Positions 39,978-49,044 of a DNA stretch of 64,000 bases are shown piece after piece; the stretch's first letter is position 1, and every line of letters begins with the position of its first letter. The DNA is from Spirochaetia bacterium (GTDB taxonomy: Bacteria; Spirochaetota; Spirochaetia; CAKZLE01): assembly GCA_963677595.1 (NCBI GenBank), contig OY782041.1, positions 1,248,001 to 1,312,000 on the forward strand, in the 5' to 3' direction. Position numbers and translations under genes: made by a program. The notes under the pieces were generated by a model. That model saw only the letters and a list, made by a program, of their open reading frames with translations, was not told where the DNA came from and made no database searches.

Positions 39978-40186
39978 ATGTTTCCTCTCATTCTCATGAA
40001 TAATAAATATCTACATACTATCTACATAGCATCTGTCCACTGCCTGAAGTCCCCTCTTGATCCGGGGTTTGAGGTCAGTGCTGCTGTTCGTATAAGATCG
40101 TGCAGACGGCAGGTGCTATACAACCAAATTCATCCTGGAATCCACTGAAGGACCCGTACCCACATAAAAAAGGGGTTCGAGTTGGG

Positions 40187-40215
40187 AGTGTAGTATAGTT
40201 CATCTTTTTTTTCAA
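40187..40215 (-). promoter_or_regulatory. putative fusA promoter giving a ~200-nt leader
   Basis: TTGAAA-17-TACACT on the minus strand. Confidence 0.6.
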
Positions 40216-40340
40216 TCCCTTTTATATTAAATATTTGCGTTTTTTCCCAATGGAAAAACCCCGTTTTTAGAAACTGTACGAAGATCCCGTTTGATGGTAT
40301 GATTCTCTCAACACAGAAGAAGAACTCAAAGGAGCTATGC

Positions 40341-40742
40341 ATGGCAACTCTCTTCACGAAGATAATCAACAAGGAGATCCCGTCAGTGACCATCTATGAG
40401 GACGAGGAGTGCATCGCCATCCTCGACCTCTTCCCGATCAACAAGGGACACGCCCTCGTGATCGCGCGGGAGGAGTATGAGACGATCTGCGACTGCCCGG
40501 ACGAGGCACTCTCGCATCTCATGTCCGTCGCCAAGCGCATAGCCGCGAAGATGGAAGAGGTCCTCGGGATCGACGGGTACAACATCATGATCAACAACCG
40601 GTCCGCCTCCGGCCAGGAGGTCCCCCATCTCCATGTCCACGTGATCCCGAGGTACGAGGGTGACGGGAAGACTCCCAAGATGCAGAAAGAGTCCTATGAC
40701 GAGGGGGAGATGGCCCGCTTCGGGGATCTGATCAGCCTGTAG
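40341..40742 (+). CDS. HIT family protein
   Basis: LFTKII, GHALV and GQEVPHLHVH histidine triad; SD AAGGAG. Confidence 0.93.
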   Translation: MATLFTKIINKEIPSVTIYEDEECIAILDLFPINKGHALVIAREEYETICDCPDEALSHLMSVAKRIAAKMEEVLGIDGYNIMINNRSASGQEVPHLHVHVIPRYEGDGKTPKMQKESYDEGEMARFGDLISL

Positions 40743-40743
40743 C

Positions 40744-42618
40744 TCACCTCTGGCAGACACCGGAGAGCATCGCCGACCTGCCGGGCGGCAGCGTCACGGC
40801 CAGGGTCCTGCCTTCCCATGCACAGACCCCATCCCCCATGACGAACTCACAGCCGGTGAGCCCGAGCAGGCCTGTCGGGATCCTGAAGGTCCTCTCCCGT
40901 GCCTCACGGTTCAGCAGGGTGATCACGGCCCGTTCTGCGGAGAACCTGGCGCAGCAGTAGTGGTCCTCCCCGGCAAGGAGTGTCCTGAACGCACCATAGG
41001 CAAAGAGATCCCTGTAGGTCTCACGCAATGCTCCGAGGCTGCTGTAGAGCTCGAAGAACCTCATATCCCAGGATGACTCATCCCAGTCCATCGGGTACCG
41101 CGACCCCTCGACCGAACGGGGATGGCCCCCGATACCGATCTCGTCGCCGTAGAAATAGGATACGGCCCCCGGCAGGGTAAAGAGGAGGTAGAGGGCACCG
41201 CAGTAGCGCTCCCAGTCCCAGATCGCCTCGTGGTGATGGAGCCTCGGGGTGTCATGGGAGTCGAAGAGGTTGAACTGGAAGAACTGCAGCTGGTTCGGCA
41301 GTCCCCTGATCCCCTGTTCCAAGTATGCCTGGAGCTCGACGCCTGAGCAGCTCCTCCCGGGCCTGGGGTCGTGTCCCCAGTTGTCCATGAGGAAGCGGTC
41401 AAGCTCACCGAGCCAGCTTCGGATGGGCCGTCCTGCACCGAAGTAGTTCATGCTCCCGTCCCACTGGTCCCCCTGCAGGTATGCTGAGGCATCCTCCCAG
41501 TGCTCCCCGATGATGTAGCTGTCGGGATCCTCCTCCTTCACGGCATCCCGCACCCCCTGCCAGATCTCATGGCAGAACTGGTCAGTCCCCCTCCTGCCGA
41601 CTTCATTGGCCACATCGAACCTCCAGCCGTCTATCGAGAAGGGCGGGCGCAGGTAGTGCCTCACCAGGGAGTCAGGGTCCTTCCAGATGGTCCTGCGCAG
41701 GGCCTCGGACCCGTAGTTGAGCTGCGGCAGCGTCGGGACATCGAACCAGCAGGCGAATCTGCCGTCCGGGTTCCGGTAGTAGTATCCAGCCTCCCGGGAC
41801 TCCGGGTCCGCCGATGCTGCCTGGTACCAGGTATGGTCGGTGCCGGTATGGTTGATCGAGACATCGATGATCACATGCATGCCGGCCTCATGGAGCCCCT
41901 CCGTCAGTGCACAGAGCGCCGCATCTCCCCCGAGGTGGTCATCGACATGGAAATAGTCGGTGCAGTCATACCGGTGGTTGGTCCGGGCACTGAAGATGGG
42001 GTTCAGGTAGAGGGCATCGGCATGGAGCCGCTTGAAATGGGGGATGGCATCCCGTATGCCGTAGAGGTCACCGTTGTAGAAATCGACACACCGGCCGATC
42101 TCGAACTCAGGCGGCGGGCTGCCCCAGGGGGTGACTGACGAGCCGGTCCCGTCGAACCGGTACTCTCCCGGTTTGACCCCAATGGAATCATCTCCGCTCC
42201 TGAATCGGTCTGGGAAGATCTGGTAGAACACCGCACCGGGAACCCACCCCGGGTACTTCATCCCGGTGATGATCCGAAATTCGTCTTGCCCCGCCACGGG
42301 GATGCGCTGCAGCCCCCGGTTCCCGAGATACCAGTACCCGTCTTCGGCCTCGATGACGAAATGGTAGGAGAGCCCTTCCCCCTTCATCGACAGCTCAGCC
42401 CGGAAGTAGGTGAACCGCTCATGCCCTTCTGCGGTATCGAGGGGGAGGGAGAACCGTTCCCCCCGCATCAGGCCGTTCAGTCTCGCCCCCTTCACGGGAG
42501 CTTCCCTGTCGGCACGGAAGGCGATGGTTATCGTCTCCCCTTCCGCGGGAAACACGTTGGAGACGAAATCAGGTGTCACGTCCGAACATGCGGAATCTAT
42601 CAAACGTATCTGCTTCAT
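40744..42618 (-). CDS. GH13 maltodextrin glucosidase/neopullulanase-like enzyme
   Basis: FYQIFPDRF, NHRYD, DGWRFDVA, IGEHW, SHD and YGDEIG motifs. Confidence 0.9.
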   Translation of the reverse strand: MKQIRLIDSACSDVTPDFVSNVFPAEGETITIAFRADREAPVKGARLNGLMRGERFSLPLDTAEGHERFTYFRAELSMKGEGLSYHFVIEAEDGYWYLGNRGLQRIPVAGQDEFRIITGMKYPGWVPGAVFYQIFPDRFRSGDDSIGVKPGEYRFDGTGSSVTPWGSPPPEFEIGRCVDFYNGDLYGIRDAIPHFKRLHADALYLNPIFSARTNHRYDCTDYFHVDDHLGGDAALCALTEGLHEAGMHVIIDVSINHTGTDHTWYQAASADPESREAGYYYRNPDGRFACWFDVPTLPQLNYGSEALRRTIWKDPDSLVRHYLRPPFSIDGWRFDVANEVGRRGTDQFCHEIWQGVRDAVKEEDPDSYIIGEHWEDASAYLQGDQWDGSMNYFGAGRPIRSWLGELDRFLMDNWGHDPRPGRSCSGVELQAYLEQGIRGLPNQLQFFQFNLFDSHDTPRLHHHEAIWDWERYCGALYLLFTLPGAVSYFYGDEIGIGGHPRSVEGSRYPMDWDESSWDMRFFELYSSLGALRETYRDLFAYGAFRTLLAGEDHYCCARFSAERAVITLLNREARERTFRIPTGLLGLTGCEFVMGDGVCAWEGRTLAVTLPPGRSAMLSGVCQR

Positions 42619-43658
42619 ACGGAATCTCTCCTGCTGAGCGTATGGGGGATGAGTATCTGGTACTCAGATGGGGTGTCGGACTCGATCAGGTCGAGAAGCA
42701 AGGAGGCAGCGGCCCTGCCCTTCGCCCTTCCCGGCTGGGATATCGTCGTCAGTGCCGGGGTCACGATCTCACCGGCATCGATCCCGTCGAACCCCATGAC
42801 CGCGACCCTCGAGGGAATCGCGATCCCGTTCGAGGCCAGCTCGAGCATACAGCCGATCGCCTGGATGTCACTCATACAGACGACCGCCTCAGGGAGGGAC
42901 GACCCTTCACGTATCATCCTCGCGACCCTGGTACCCTCCTCCCTGGTGCACTCCGCCTGGTAGCTGGAGATTCCGGTGGAGCTTAAGGTGAGACCATCCT
43001 CTGAAAGGGCCCTCCGGTACCCGTTGAGCCGCATGGAGGTGATGTCCTTCCGTGCAGGAGAGACCTCCTCCCCGCCGTAGGGCATGGTGAGCAGCGCGAT
43101 CCTGCGGTACCCCCGATCGAGGATGAACCGCAGCTGCTCGTATGCAGCCTGCTCGTCATCGATGATCACCCCCGGCATCTCCTTGGAGACGGTCCCGTCG
43201 ATGGTCACGAAGGGGATCCGCCTCAGCCGCATCAACTCGATCGACTGCTCCTCTGACTGCATGCCGAGGGTGATCATGCCGTCTACCGCGGCATGCCGGA
43301 CAGCCTCATCGACACTGCCGTGCCGCAGCGGGAGCATGGTCAGGGAGTAGCCTGACTCCTCGCATTCCCGTCCGATCCCCTGGATGATCTCCCCGATATA
43401 GGGGTTGAGCATGACCGTGTCGATCCTGTCTGGGAGCAGCAGCCCGATGGACTGGTGCCGCTGGAGGGAGAGATTCCTGGCCACCGGGTTGGGGATGTAC
43501 CCGATCTTCCGGGCAGTCTCCATGATGATCTCGTATGCCTGTGACGAGATCCTTCCCGGTGCATTGAAGGCGAACGAGACCGCCGTCTTGGAGTAGCCCG
43601 AGGCCTTCGCGAGATCCGAGATAGTCACCCTGTGCTGTTTCTGCTCATTACCTTCCAT
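42615..43658 (-). CDS. LacI family regulator (MalR-like)
   Basis: TISDLAKASGYSKTAVS HTH, Y.PN..AR.L, GFDG and PALTTI motifs. Confidence 0.93.
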   Translation of the reverse strand: MEGNEQKQHRVTISDLAKASGYSKTAVSFAFNAPGRISSQAYEIIMETARKIGYIPNPVARNLSLQRHQSIGLLLPDRIDTVMLNPYIGEIIQGIGRECEESGYSLTMLPLRHGSVDEAVRHAAVDGMITLGMQSEEQSIELMRLRRIPFVTIDGTVSKEMPGVIIDDEQAAYEQLRFILDRGYRRIALLTMPYGGEEVSPARKDITSMRLNGYRRALSEDGLTLSSTGISSYQAECTREEGTRVARMIREGSSLPEAVVCMSDIQAIGCMLELASNGIAIPSRVAVMGFDGIDAGEIVTPALTTISQPGRAKGRAAASLLLDLIESDTPSEYQILIPHTLSRRDSV

Positions 43659-43667
43659 ACTGCCGCC

Positions 43668-43679
43668 TAAACCGGTTTA
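43668..43679. promoter_or_regulatory. LacI-type operator (autoregulation)
   Basis: Perfect palindrome TAAACCGGTTTA 9 nt upstream of the lacI-family start. Confidence 0.75.
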
Positions 43680-43738
43680 CATCATATACCATAAAGTTCA
43701 AGATTGCAATTCATGAACGGTATGGGTACAATGCTCTT

Positions 43739-44029
43739 ATGGCTGATTGTTATTTTTGCGGGGCTTCGATCCCCGCTGACACGAAGATCTACCGGACGAC
43801 ACTCTGCAGGTCATGCAGCAACCCGCTGAAGATCTGCTATAACTGCAGGTTCTATGACCCACAGGCTCCTTATCAGTGCCTGGAACATATCCTGGAGCCG
43901 GTCGAGGATAAGGAGACCGCGAACTTCTGTGAGTACTTCACCCCTGCCCTGCGGTCATCCTCGAGGTCTTCGAATGAAGAGGCCCACCAGAAGGCAGTCG
44001 ATGCCTTCAACAGCCTCTTCTCCGACTGA
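43739..44029 (+). CDS. small Cys-rich putative Zn-binding protein
   Basis: CYFC, CRSC, CYNC, C and ANFCEYF; promoter TTGCAA-17-TACAAT-6-ATG. Confidence 0.8.
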   Translation: MADCYFCGASIPADTKIYRTTLCRSCSNPLKICYNCRFYDPQAPYQCLEHILEPVEDKETANFCEYFTPALRSSSRSSNEEAHQKAVDAFNSLFSD

Positions 44030-44052
44030 CCACGACCACCAAGGAGGCTCCC

Positions 44053-44517
44053 ATGCTTGAGATCGGTTCACCGGCACCTGGATTCACCCTGCCCGATGCT
44101 GACGGGATAACCCGGAGTCTTGAGGACTTCAGGGGATCCTACGTCATCCTCTATTTCTATCCCCGGGACAACACCCCCGGCTGTACGACTGAAGCCTGTA
44201 ACTTCAGGGATGATCATGACCTGATCACTGACCTGGATGGGGTGGTCATCGGCGTGAGCGGCGACTCACAAGCCAGCCACACCAGGTTCAGGGACAAGTT
44301 CGACCTGCCGTTCCTGCTCTTATCGGACCCGGACCACGAAATGATCGAGGCCTACGGGGCATGGCAGCTGAAGAAGAATTACGGGAAGGAGTATATGGGG
44401 ATCGTGAGGTCCACGGTGGTCATCGACAAAGAGGGCAACGTCCTCAAGGTCTATGAGAAGGTCTCCCCGAAAGAGCACGCCGAAGAGATCAAGACACTGC
44501 TGGAAGGGTTGAAATGA
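44053..44517 (+). CDS. bcp: thioredoxin-dependent peroxiredoxin Bcp
   Basis: YFYPRDNTPGCTTEACNFRD motif. Confidence 0.95.
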   Translation: MLEIGSPAPGFTLPDADGITRSLEDFRGSYVILYFYPRDNTPGCTTEACNFRDDHDLITDLDGVVIGVSGDSQASHTRFRDKFDLPFLLLSDPDHEMIEAYGAWQLKKNYGKEYMGIVRSTVVIDKEGNVLKVYEKVSPKEHAEEIKTLLEGLK

Positions 44518-45107
44518 GAAGAGTAACTTTCCCGGCAATCCTCCTCCTGGCCTTCCTCTTAGCCTCCTGTACCACCCCGAGCTATGTCATCGATAACTCA
44601 CGCCTGAAGTTCCAGGAGTTCGACCCCATGGTGGTCTCAGCCCTGGCCATCGAACTCGTTGACAACGGGAGCGACACAGACCTGGCGGCCATCCTCGCCG
44701 GCCTCTCCCCTGACATCGCGGTGATCAGGGCTGACCGGAAGACGATCGCCGGGCTCGTCGATACCATCCCCATGAACGTCGCGAAGGTATCGCCTACGGT
44801 GATCATCGCGACGACCGGCGAGATCTCCTCAAAAGATGAGCATGGGGCCATGGTCCTCTTCGATGAGACCTACGGACTGCAGGTACGCATCGAGTCATAC
44901 GAAGGACTCATCGAACCTGTGCTGGTCGCGGGAGGTGATGGGAACGGTATGGTGGAAGATATCTACCTGCAGACTCACGGCGGGGATACGGAAACGGTTC
45001 CCTTCACCATCTACCAGGCAGGGGTGCTCCCCCTGGGGAGCACCGACATACGGGATGCGTATGCCGGCTGCCAGGGGGTAAGCTGCACCTTCGCGGTTTC
45101 TGATTAG
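44514..45107 (+). CDS. putative lipoprotein
   Basis: MRR plus hydrophobic core plus lipobox LASC; ATGA overlap with bcp. Confidence 0.7.
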   Translation: MRRVTFPAILLLAFLLASCTTPSYVIDNSRLKFQEFDPMVVSALAIELVDNGSDTDLAAILAGLSPDIAVIRADRKTIAGLVDTIPMNVAKVSPTVIIATTGEISSKDEHGAMVLFDETYGLQVRIESYEGLIEPVLVAGGDGNGMVEDIYLQTHGGDTETVPFTIYQAGVLPLGSTDIRDAYAGCQGVSCTFAVSD

Positions 45108-46804
45108 TCCTTCATCAGGAGGTCGAGATCGATCTCGCACATGACTGACGGCATCCCGATGCCCCAGTTCTCCAGGACCACGGGATTGACCTCGCCGAAG
45201 ATACCGACTCGGGTATCCCCGCAGATGATCTCCCCGGCACGCCCGTCGATGAACCTCGAATCAGACACATCCTTGAGCACATACTCCTTGTTCAGGTAGA
45301 AGAGCAGGGCTGCGACGGTCGAGTTGACCTCGTTGAACCCGATCGCGGTATCGGCGGAGAAGAACCCGAGGGTATTCCTCGTCACGGTGCCTGAGTTGTC
45401 GGCTGCATCGAGGAAGGCCACCTTCCCGATCTCGAAGATGTTATGAGGATAGACCGCATGGGCGGACACGCTCTCGGATTGGAGCATGGACGGCATGATC
45501 GATGCCCTGACGTACTCATAGTTCTCCGTCATGGGGTTGGCGATGTGGATATACTCATCCCCGTCGACGTTCATCTTCTCGATGTAGTCCTTGTGGGAAC
45601 CGAGGTAGTTGTACATCATCTCCTGGAACCCGAGCCCGATCATGAGGTCCTTGACCTTCCTGCCGAAGGACTCTTCTGCAGTCAGCCGTCCCACGGTATA
45701 GTCGCTCGGCATCACCGGGGTGAACTTCCCGAGCCCGTGACCGATCATGACATCCTCGATGACATCCACCGGGTGAAGGAAGTCGTTCCGGTACTCAGGG
45801 ACCGTCACATAGACCGAATCCCCGTCAATGACCGAATAGGCTCCCATGTTCCTCAGGGCCGCGACCACCTGCTCCTCGGAGAGATCCTCACCGAGCAGCT
45901 TGTTGATATACCCCAGTTCTGCGGAGACCGGATCCTGGAAGTAATAGGGACAGACGAACTCCGTACCCAGCTCCGTCTCGAAGGGGTAGCTGACCTTCAC
46001 CGGGAGGATCGTGAACCCCTGGTCTGCCAGGTCGCAGGCCACGATGGAGGCAGCAAGGACGAGGTCTTTGAGCACGGTCCCGGTAAGCTCGATGAAGAGC
46101 TCCTCGTCACCGAGCTTGACGGCACCTATCTCGGCACTGTTAATAACCGGCGGGAAACTGAGCACCTTGCCATTCACGTCGGTGAGGAAGGGGAATGCCG
46201 GGAGGTCTGCCACGATGTGGCCGAACTCCTGCCCTTTCGGGTGCTTCTCGATGATCTCGCGCAGCGACATCTCCTCCTCACTCTGCAGCGGGACGAACCG
46301 GGTGGCATCCGGGTCGACGGCCGTGTACTGGACCGGGTACTCCATGATGTCGGATCGGTAGACCCCCATCGCGATAGACTTCCGCTTCCTGCCGAAATTC
46401 CAGCAGAGCTTCTCCTGCGTCTGGATGATGTCCTTGAGGACGGCATCGTCGATCTTCAGGCCGTTCACGGCGAACCCCACGATATAGGGGCGGATCTCCT
46501 GCACGTTCTCTGAGACCTCGATCACCCTGCCCTCGCAGTCGAACTCCTCCTCCGCCGTGGAGAAGAAGTCATAGAAGGGAGCATCTCCCCCCTGGTTGAC
46601 CCTAAGCTGCCGGGCAAGGCCCGCAGCCGACCAGAGGTCTGGGCGGTTGGTATCATTGAGCTCGATCTTGAGGAGGTCCTCCTCCACGTCATGGTCATCC
46701 AACTCGGCTTTCGCGGCCGGGAGGATCTCCTCGAGCTGTTCATCACTGTATCGGGTACCAAGAAGGTCGAAGAACTTCCTGGATGAAACTTCAATTTTAG
46801 GCAT
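45104..46804 (-). CDS. pheT: phenylalanyl-tRNA synthetase beta (short archaeal/eukaryal type)
   Basis: MPKIEV, NRPDLWS, SFPPVINS and RNDFLHPVDVIED motifs; about 566 aa with no B2/B8 domains. Confidence 0.93.
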   Translation of the reverse strand: MPKIEVSSRKFFDLLGTRYSDEQLEEILPAAKAELDDHDVEEDLLKIELNDTNRPDLWSAAGLARQLRVNQGGDAPFYDFFSTAEEEFDCEGRVIEVSENVQEIRPYIVGFAVNGLKIDDAVLKDIIQTQEKLCWNFGRKRKSIAMGVYRSDIMEYPVQYTAVDPDATRFVPLQSEEEMSLREIIEKHPKGQEFGHIVADLPAFPFLTDVNGKVLSFPPVINSAEIGAVKLGDEELFIELTGTVLKDLVLAASIVACDLADQGFTILPVKVSYPFETELGTEFVCPYYFQDPVSAELGYINKLLGEDLSEEQVVAALRNMGAYSVIDGDSVYVTVPEYRNDFLHPVDVIEDVMIGHGLGKFTPVMPSDYTVGRLTAEESFGRKVKDLMIGLGFQEMMYNYLGSHKDYIEKMNVDGDEYIHIANPMTENYEYVRASIMPSMLQSESVSAHAVYPHNIFEIGKVAFLDAADNSGTVTRNTLGFFSADTAIGFNEVNSTVAALLFYLNKEYVLKDVSDSRFIDGRAGEIICGDTRVGIFGEVNPVVLENWGIGMPSVMCEIDLDLLMKD

Positions 46805-46805
46805 C

Positions 46806-48344
46806 TTATCTTCCCCTTCTTGTTCGTACACTCTCGATGTCGGGAGTGAAGAGTTCTCTCAGGTCGTTCAGCCCGAGATGCATGAGCGCCATACGGTCGA
46901 TCCCGAGGCCCCAGGCAAGCACCGGCACATCGATGCCCATGGCCTTCGTCACTTCAGGGCGGAAGATACCCGAACCCCCGAGCTCGAACCAGCCGAGGAT
47001 CGGGTGCTTGATATGGACCTCGATCGAGGGCTCGGTGAACGGGAAGTACCCGGGCACATACTTGACCTCCTCGGCCCCGGCGACCTCTTCTGCGAACATC
47101 TTCAGCAGCCCGAGCAGGGTCTTGAGGTTGACGTCGTCACCGAGGACGATCCCCTCGGTCTGGTAGAAGTCGGCCCCATGGGTCGCATCCACCTGGTCAT
47201 ACCGGAAGCACCGGACGACCCCGAAGTACTTTCCCGGGATCTTGGCATTCGGCAGGGTCTTCGCGGAGAGGACCGTCCCCTGTGAGCGCATGACCTGCCG
47301 CCTGGTGAACTCATGGTCGAACGAATAGCCCCAGCCGCGTGAACCGGTATTCCATCCGTCCTCATGGACAGCAGCGACCTGGTCAAGGTAGGGCTGCTCG
47401 ATCTCCTTCGCATGGGAGGCGTTCTCGAGGTAGTAGACATCGTGGATATCACGGGCACTGTGGAACTGCGGCATGAACAGGGCATCCCCGTTCCAGAACT
47501 CCGTCTCCACGAGCGGGCCGTCGAACTCCTCGAAGCCGAGTGAGTTCAGCTTGTCCTTCACCCACTGGAGGTAGGCACCGTAGGGGTTGCGCCGGCCGAG
47601 CTGGAGCCTCCCGGGAGGGGTGCTCATGGAGTAGGCCCGGAAGTTCTTCTCCTTCCACTCACCTGAGGCAAGCATGGCTGGGGTAACCGCACCGAGCTCC
47701 TCGCCGGTGAGTCCCGCACTCTCGAGGGCAGTCTTCACTTCCGCACCGTTCCCGGTCAGCCTATAGTCGACCTCTTCCCGCTCGATGATCCTGAAGGGGA
47801 CACCTGAGGCACCGCGCTTCTTGCTGACCTTCCCGATCACCTTCCGTTCCTCATCCGAGAGGTCTGCATCGCTGAGCAGGGAGTCCGTCGACCGGTCAAG
47901 CAGGTCCCTGATCATGAGGAACATGTCAGGGAGCCGGTCGGCCTTCAGGACCGCCTTCTTCTCATCGTTCATGCCGAACACGCCGACTTTCGAGAGCTGC
48001 CCGAACGCAGACCCGATATCACGCTGCTCGAGGCCGAGGGCCTGCGCGAGTTCGGGGAGCGAATGGGGTGCGTTCTCACTGAGCAGTTTGAAGATCCGCT
48101 CGGCGGGAAGCCCGATCTGCTGCTGGACCTTCCCGAGGTCCGTCAGTTCATAATAGACTTTTGCCTGGCGGCCGGACTCTTCGATCAGCCCCTTGGCTGT
48201 GAGCCAGCTGAACGCCTGGTTGCATTGGCCAAGCTTGTATTCGAGTTCTTCGATGATCCTGTCAGCCGTGATCACCTCGCCCAAAGCCACATGCCTCAGC
48301 AGGCGTACTTCAAGGGGATGAAGACTCTTTAATTCAATATCCAT
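46806..48344 (-). CDS. pheS: phenylalanyl-tRNA synthetase alpha (long archaeal/eukaryal type)
   Basis: N-terminal wHTH extensions, FWNGDALFMPQFHSARD, YFPFTEPS, GIFRPE and GLGIDR motifs. Confidence 0.95.
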   Translation of the reverse strand: MDIELKSLHPLEVRLLRHVALGEVITADRIIEELEYKLGQCNQAFSWLTAKGLIEESGRQAKVYYELTDLGKVQQQIGLPAERIFKLLSENAPHSLPELAQALGLEQRDIGSAFGQLSKVGVFGMNDEKKAVLKADRLPDMFLMIRDLLDRSTDSLLSDADLSDEERKVIGKVSKKRGASGVPFRIIEREEVDYRLTGNGAEVKTALESAGLTGEELGAVTPAMLASGEWKEKNFRAYSMSTPPGRLQLGRRNPYGAYLQWVKDKLNSLGFEEFDGPLVETEFWNGDALFMPQFHSARDIHDVYYLENASHAKEIEQPYLDQVAAVHEDGWNTGSRGWGYSFDHEFTRRQVMRSQGTVLSAKTLPNAKIPGKYFGVVRCFRYDQVDATHGADFYQTEGIVLGDDVNLKTLLGLLKMFAEEVAGAEEVKYVPGYFPFTEPSIEVHIKHPILGWFELGGSGIFRPEVTKAMGIDVPVLAWGLGIDRMALMHLGLNDLRELFTPDIESVRTRRGR

Positions 48345-48556
48345 AAATCCTGTTTCTCCTGTACGAGGGTTACCTGTAGTGTCAAATCATTCTATAGAGT
48401 CGCAAGAAAAAATTAAAGTGCTATGGGACAATTCTTTGCTAAAAACAGGGCGTTTGTCTCCACGTGCCGTTCCTGCGCAGATTCCGCTGTCCCAGACTGC
48501 ATGATGCGGGTAATCCATGCTATAATAGGAAGATCCCGTATACAGGAGGATCCCGT

Positions 48557-48889
48557 ATGACTCAGGAACTGACCGAGTTCTCCAGGAGGGTGATCACCCT
48601 CATCCGACAGATCCCGGAGGGGCATGTCGCCACCTACGGCCAGATCGCACGCCTGGCAGGTTCCCCGCGAGGGGCTCGGCAGGTCGTCAGGCTGCTGCAC
48701 TCCTCCTCCCATACCTACAGCCTCCCCTGGCACCGCGTCATCAACCGGCAGGGACGGATCTCCCTGGCATCAGGGGAGGGACTCGAGGAACAGGCGGCCC
48801 TCCTGCAGTCCGAAGGCATCCTGGTCTCCCCGGAAGGGTCGATCAACCTGGCGGCATACCTCTATTCCTTCGCGGGGGAGGGGGGCTGA
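48557..48889 (+). CDS. alkyltransferase-like protein (Atl/YbaZ, MGMT family)
   Basis: IPEGHVATYGQIA, ARQV and PWHRV (Trp in place of the catalytic Cys). Confidence 0.92.
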   Translation: MTQELTEFSRRVITLIRQIPEGHVATYGQIARLAGSPRGARQVVRLLHSSSHTYSLPWHRVINRQGRISLASGEGLEEQAALLQSEGILVSPEGSINLAAYLYSFAGEGG

Positions 48890-49009
48890 TCCCAGGCCGT
48901 CTGGAGCGGGTTCGCACGGGCATCACAACCCGGTGTTGTCCTTTTTGCGACAGGCTGCAACACTATGGGAGTTTTCTTATCTTTTTCCCGATTTCATCCC
49001 GCACCCATG

Positions 49010-49038
49010 TTGCATTTTACCGACAAAATAAGTATAAC
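49010..49038 (+). promoter_or_regulatory. pur operon promoter
   Basis: TTGCAT-17-TATAAC; predicted TSS about 49045. Confidence 0.75.
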
Positions 49039-49044
49039 TTGCCT

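Noticed and set aside
32611-46513. Long antisense ORFs (e.g. 32611-33729, 37803-38837, 45443-46513; also 5933-6844, 27005-27913)
   Set aside because: They mirror well-conserved sense genes and have no motifs. High GC3 codon bias suppresses antisense stop codons.
48345-48420. T-box or pheM-type leader for pheST
   Set aside because: The leader is short, with no T-box consensus or Phe-rich uORF.
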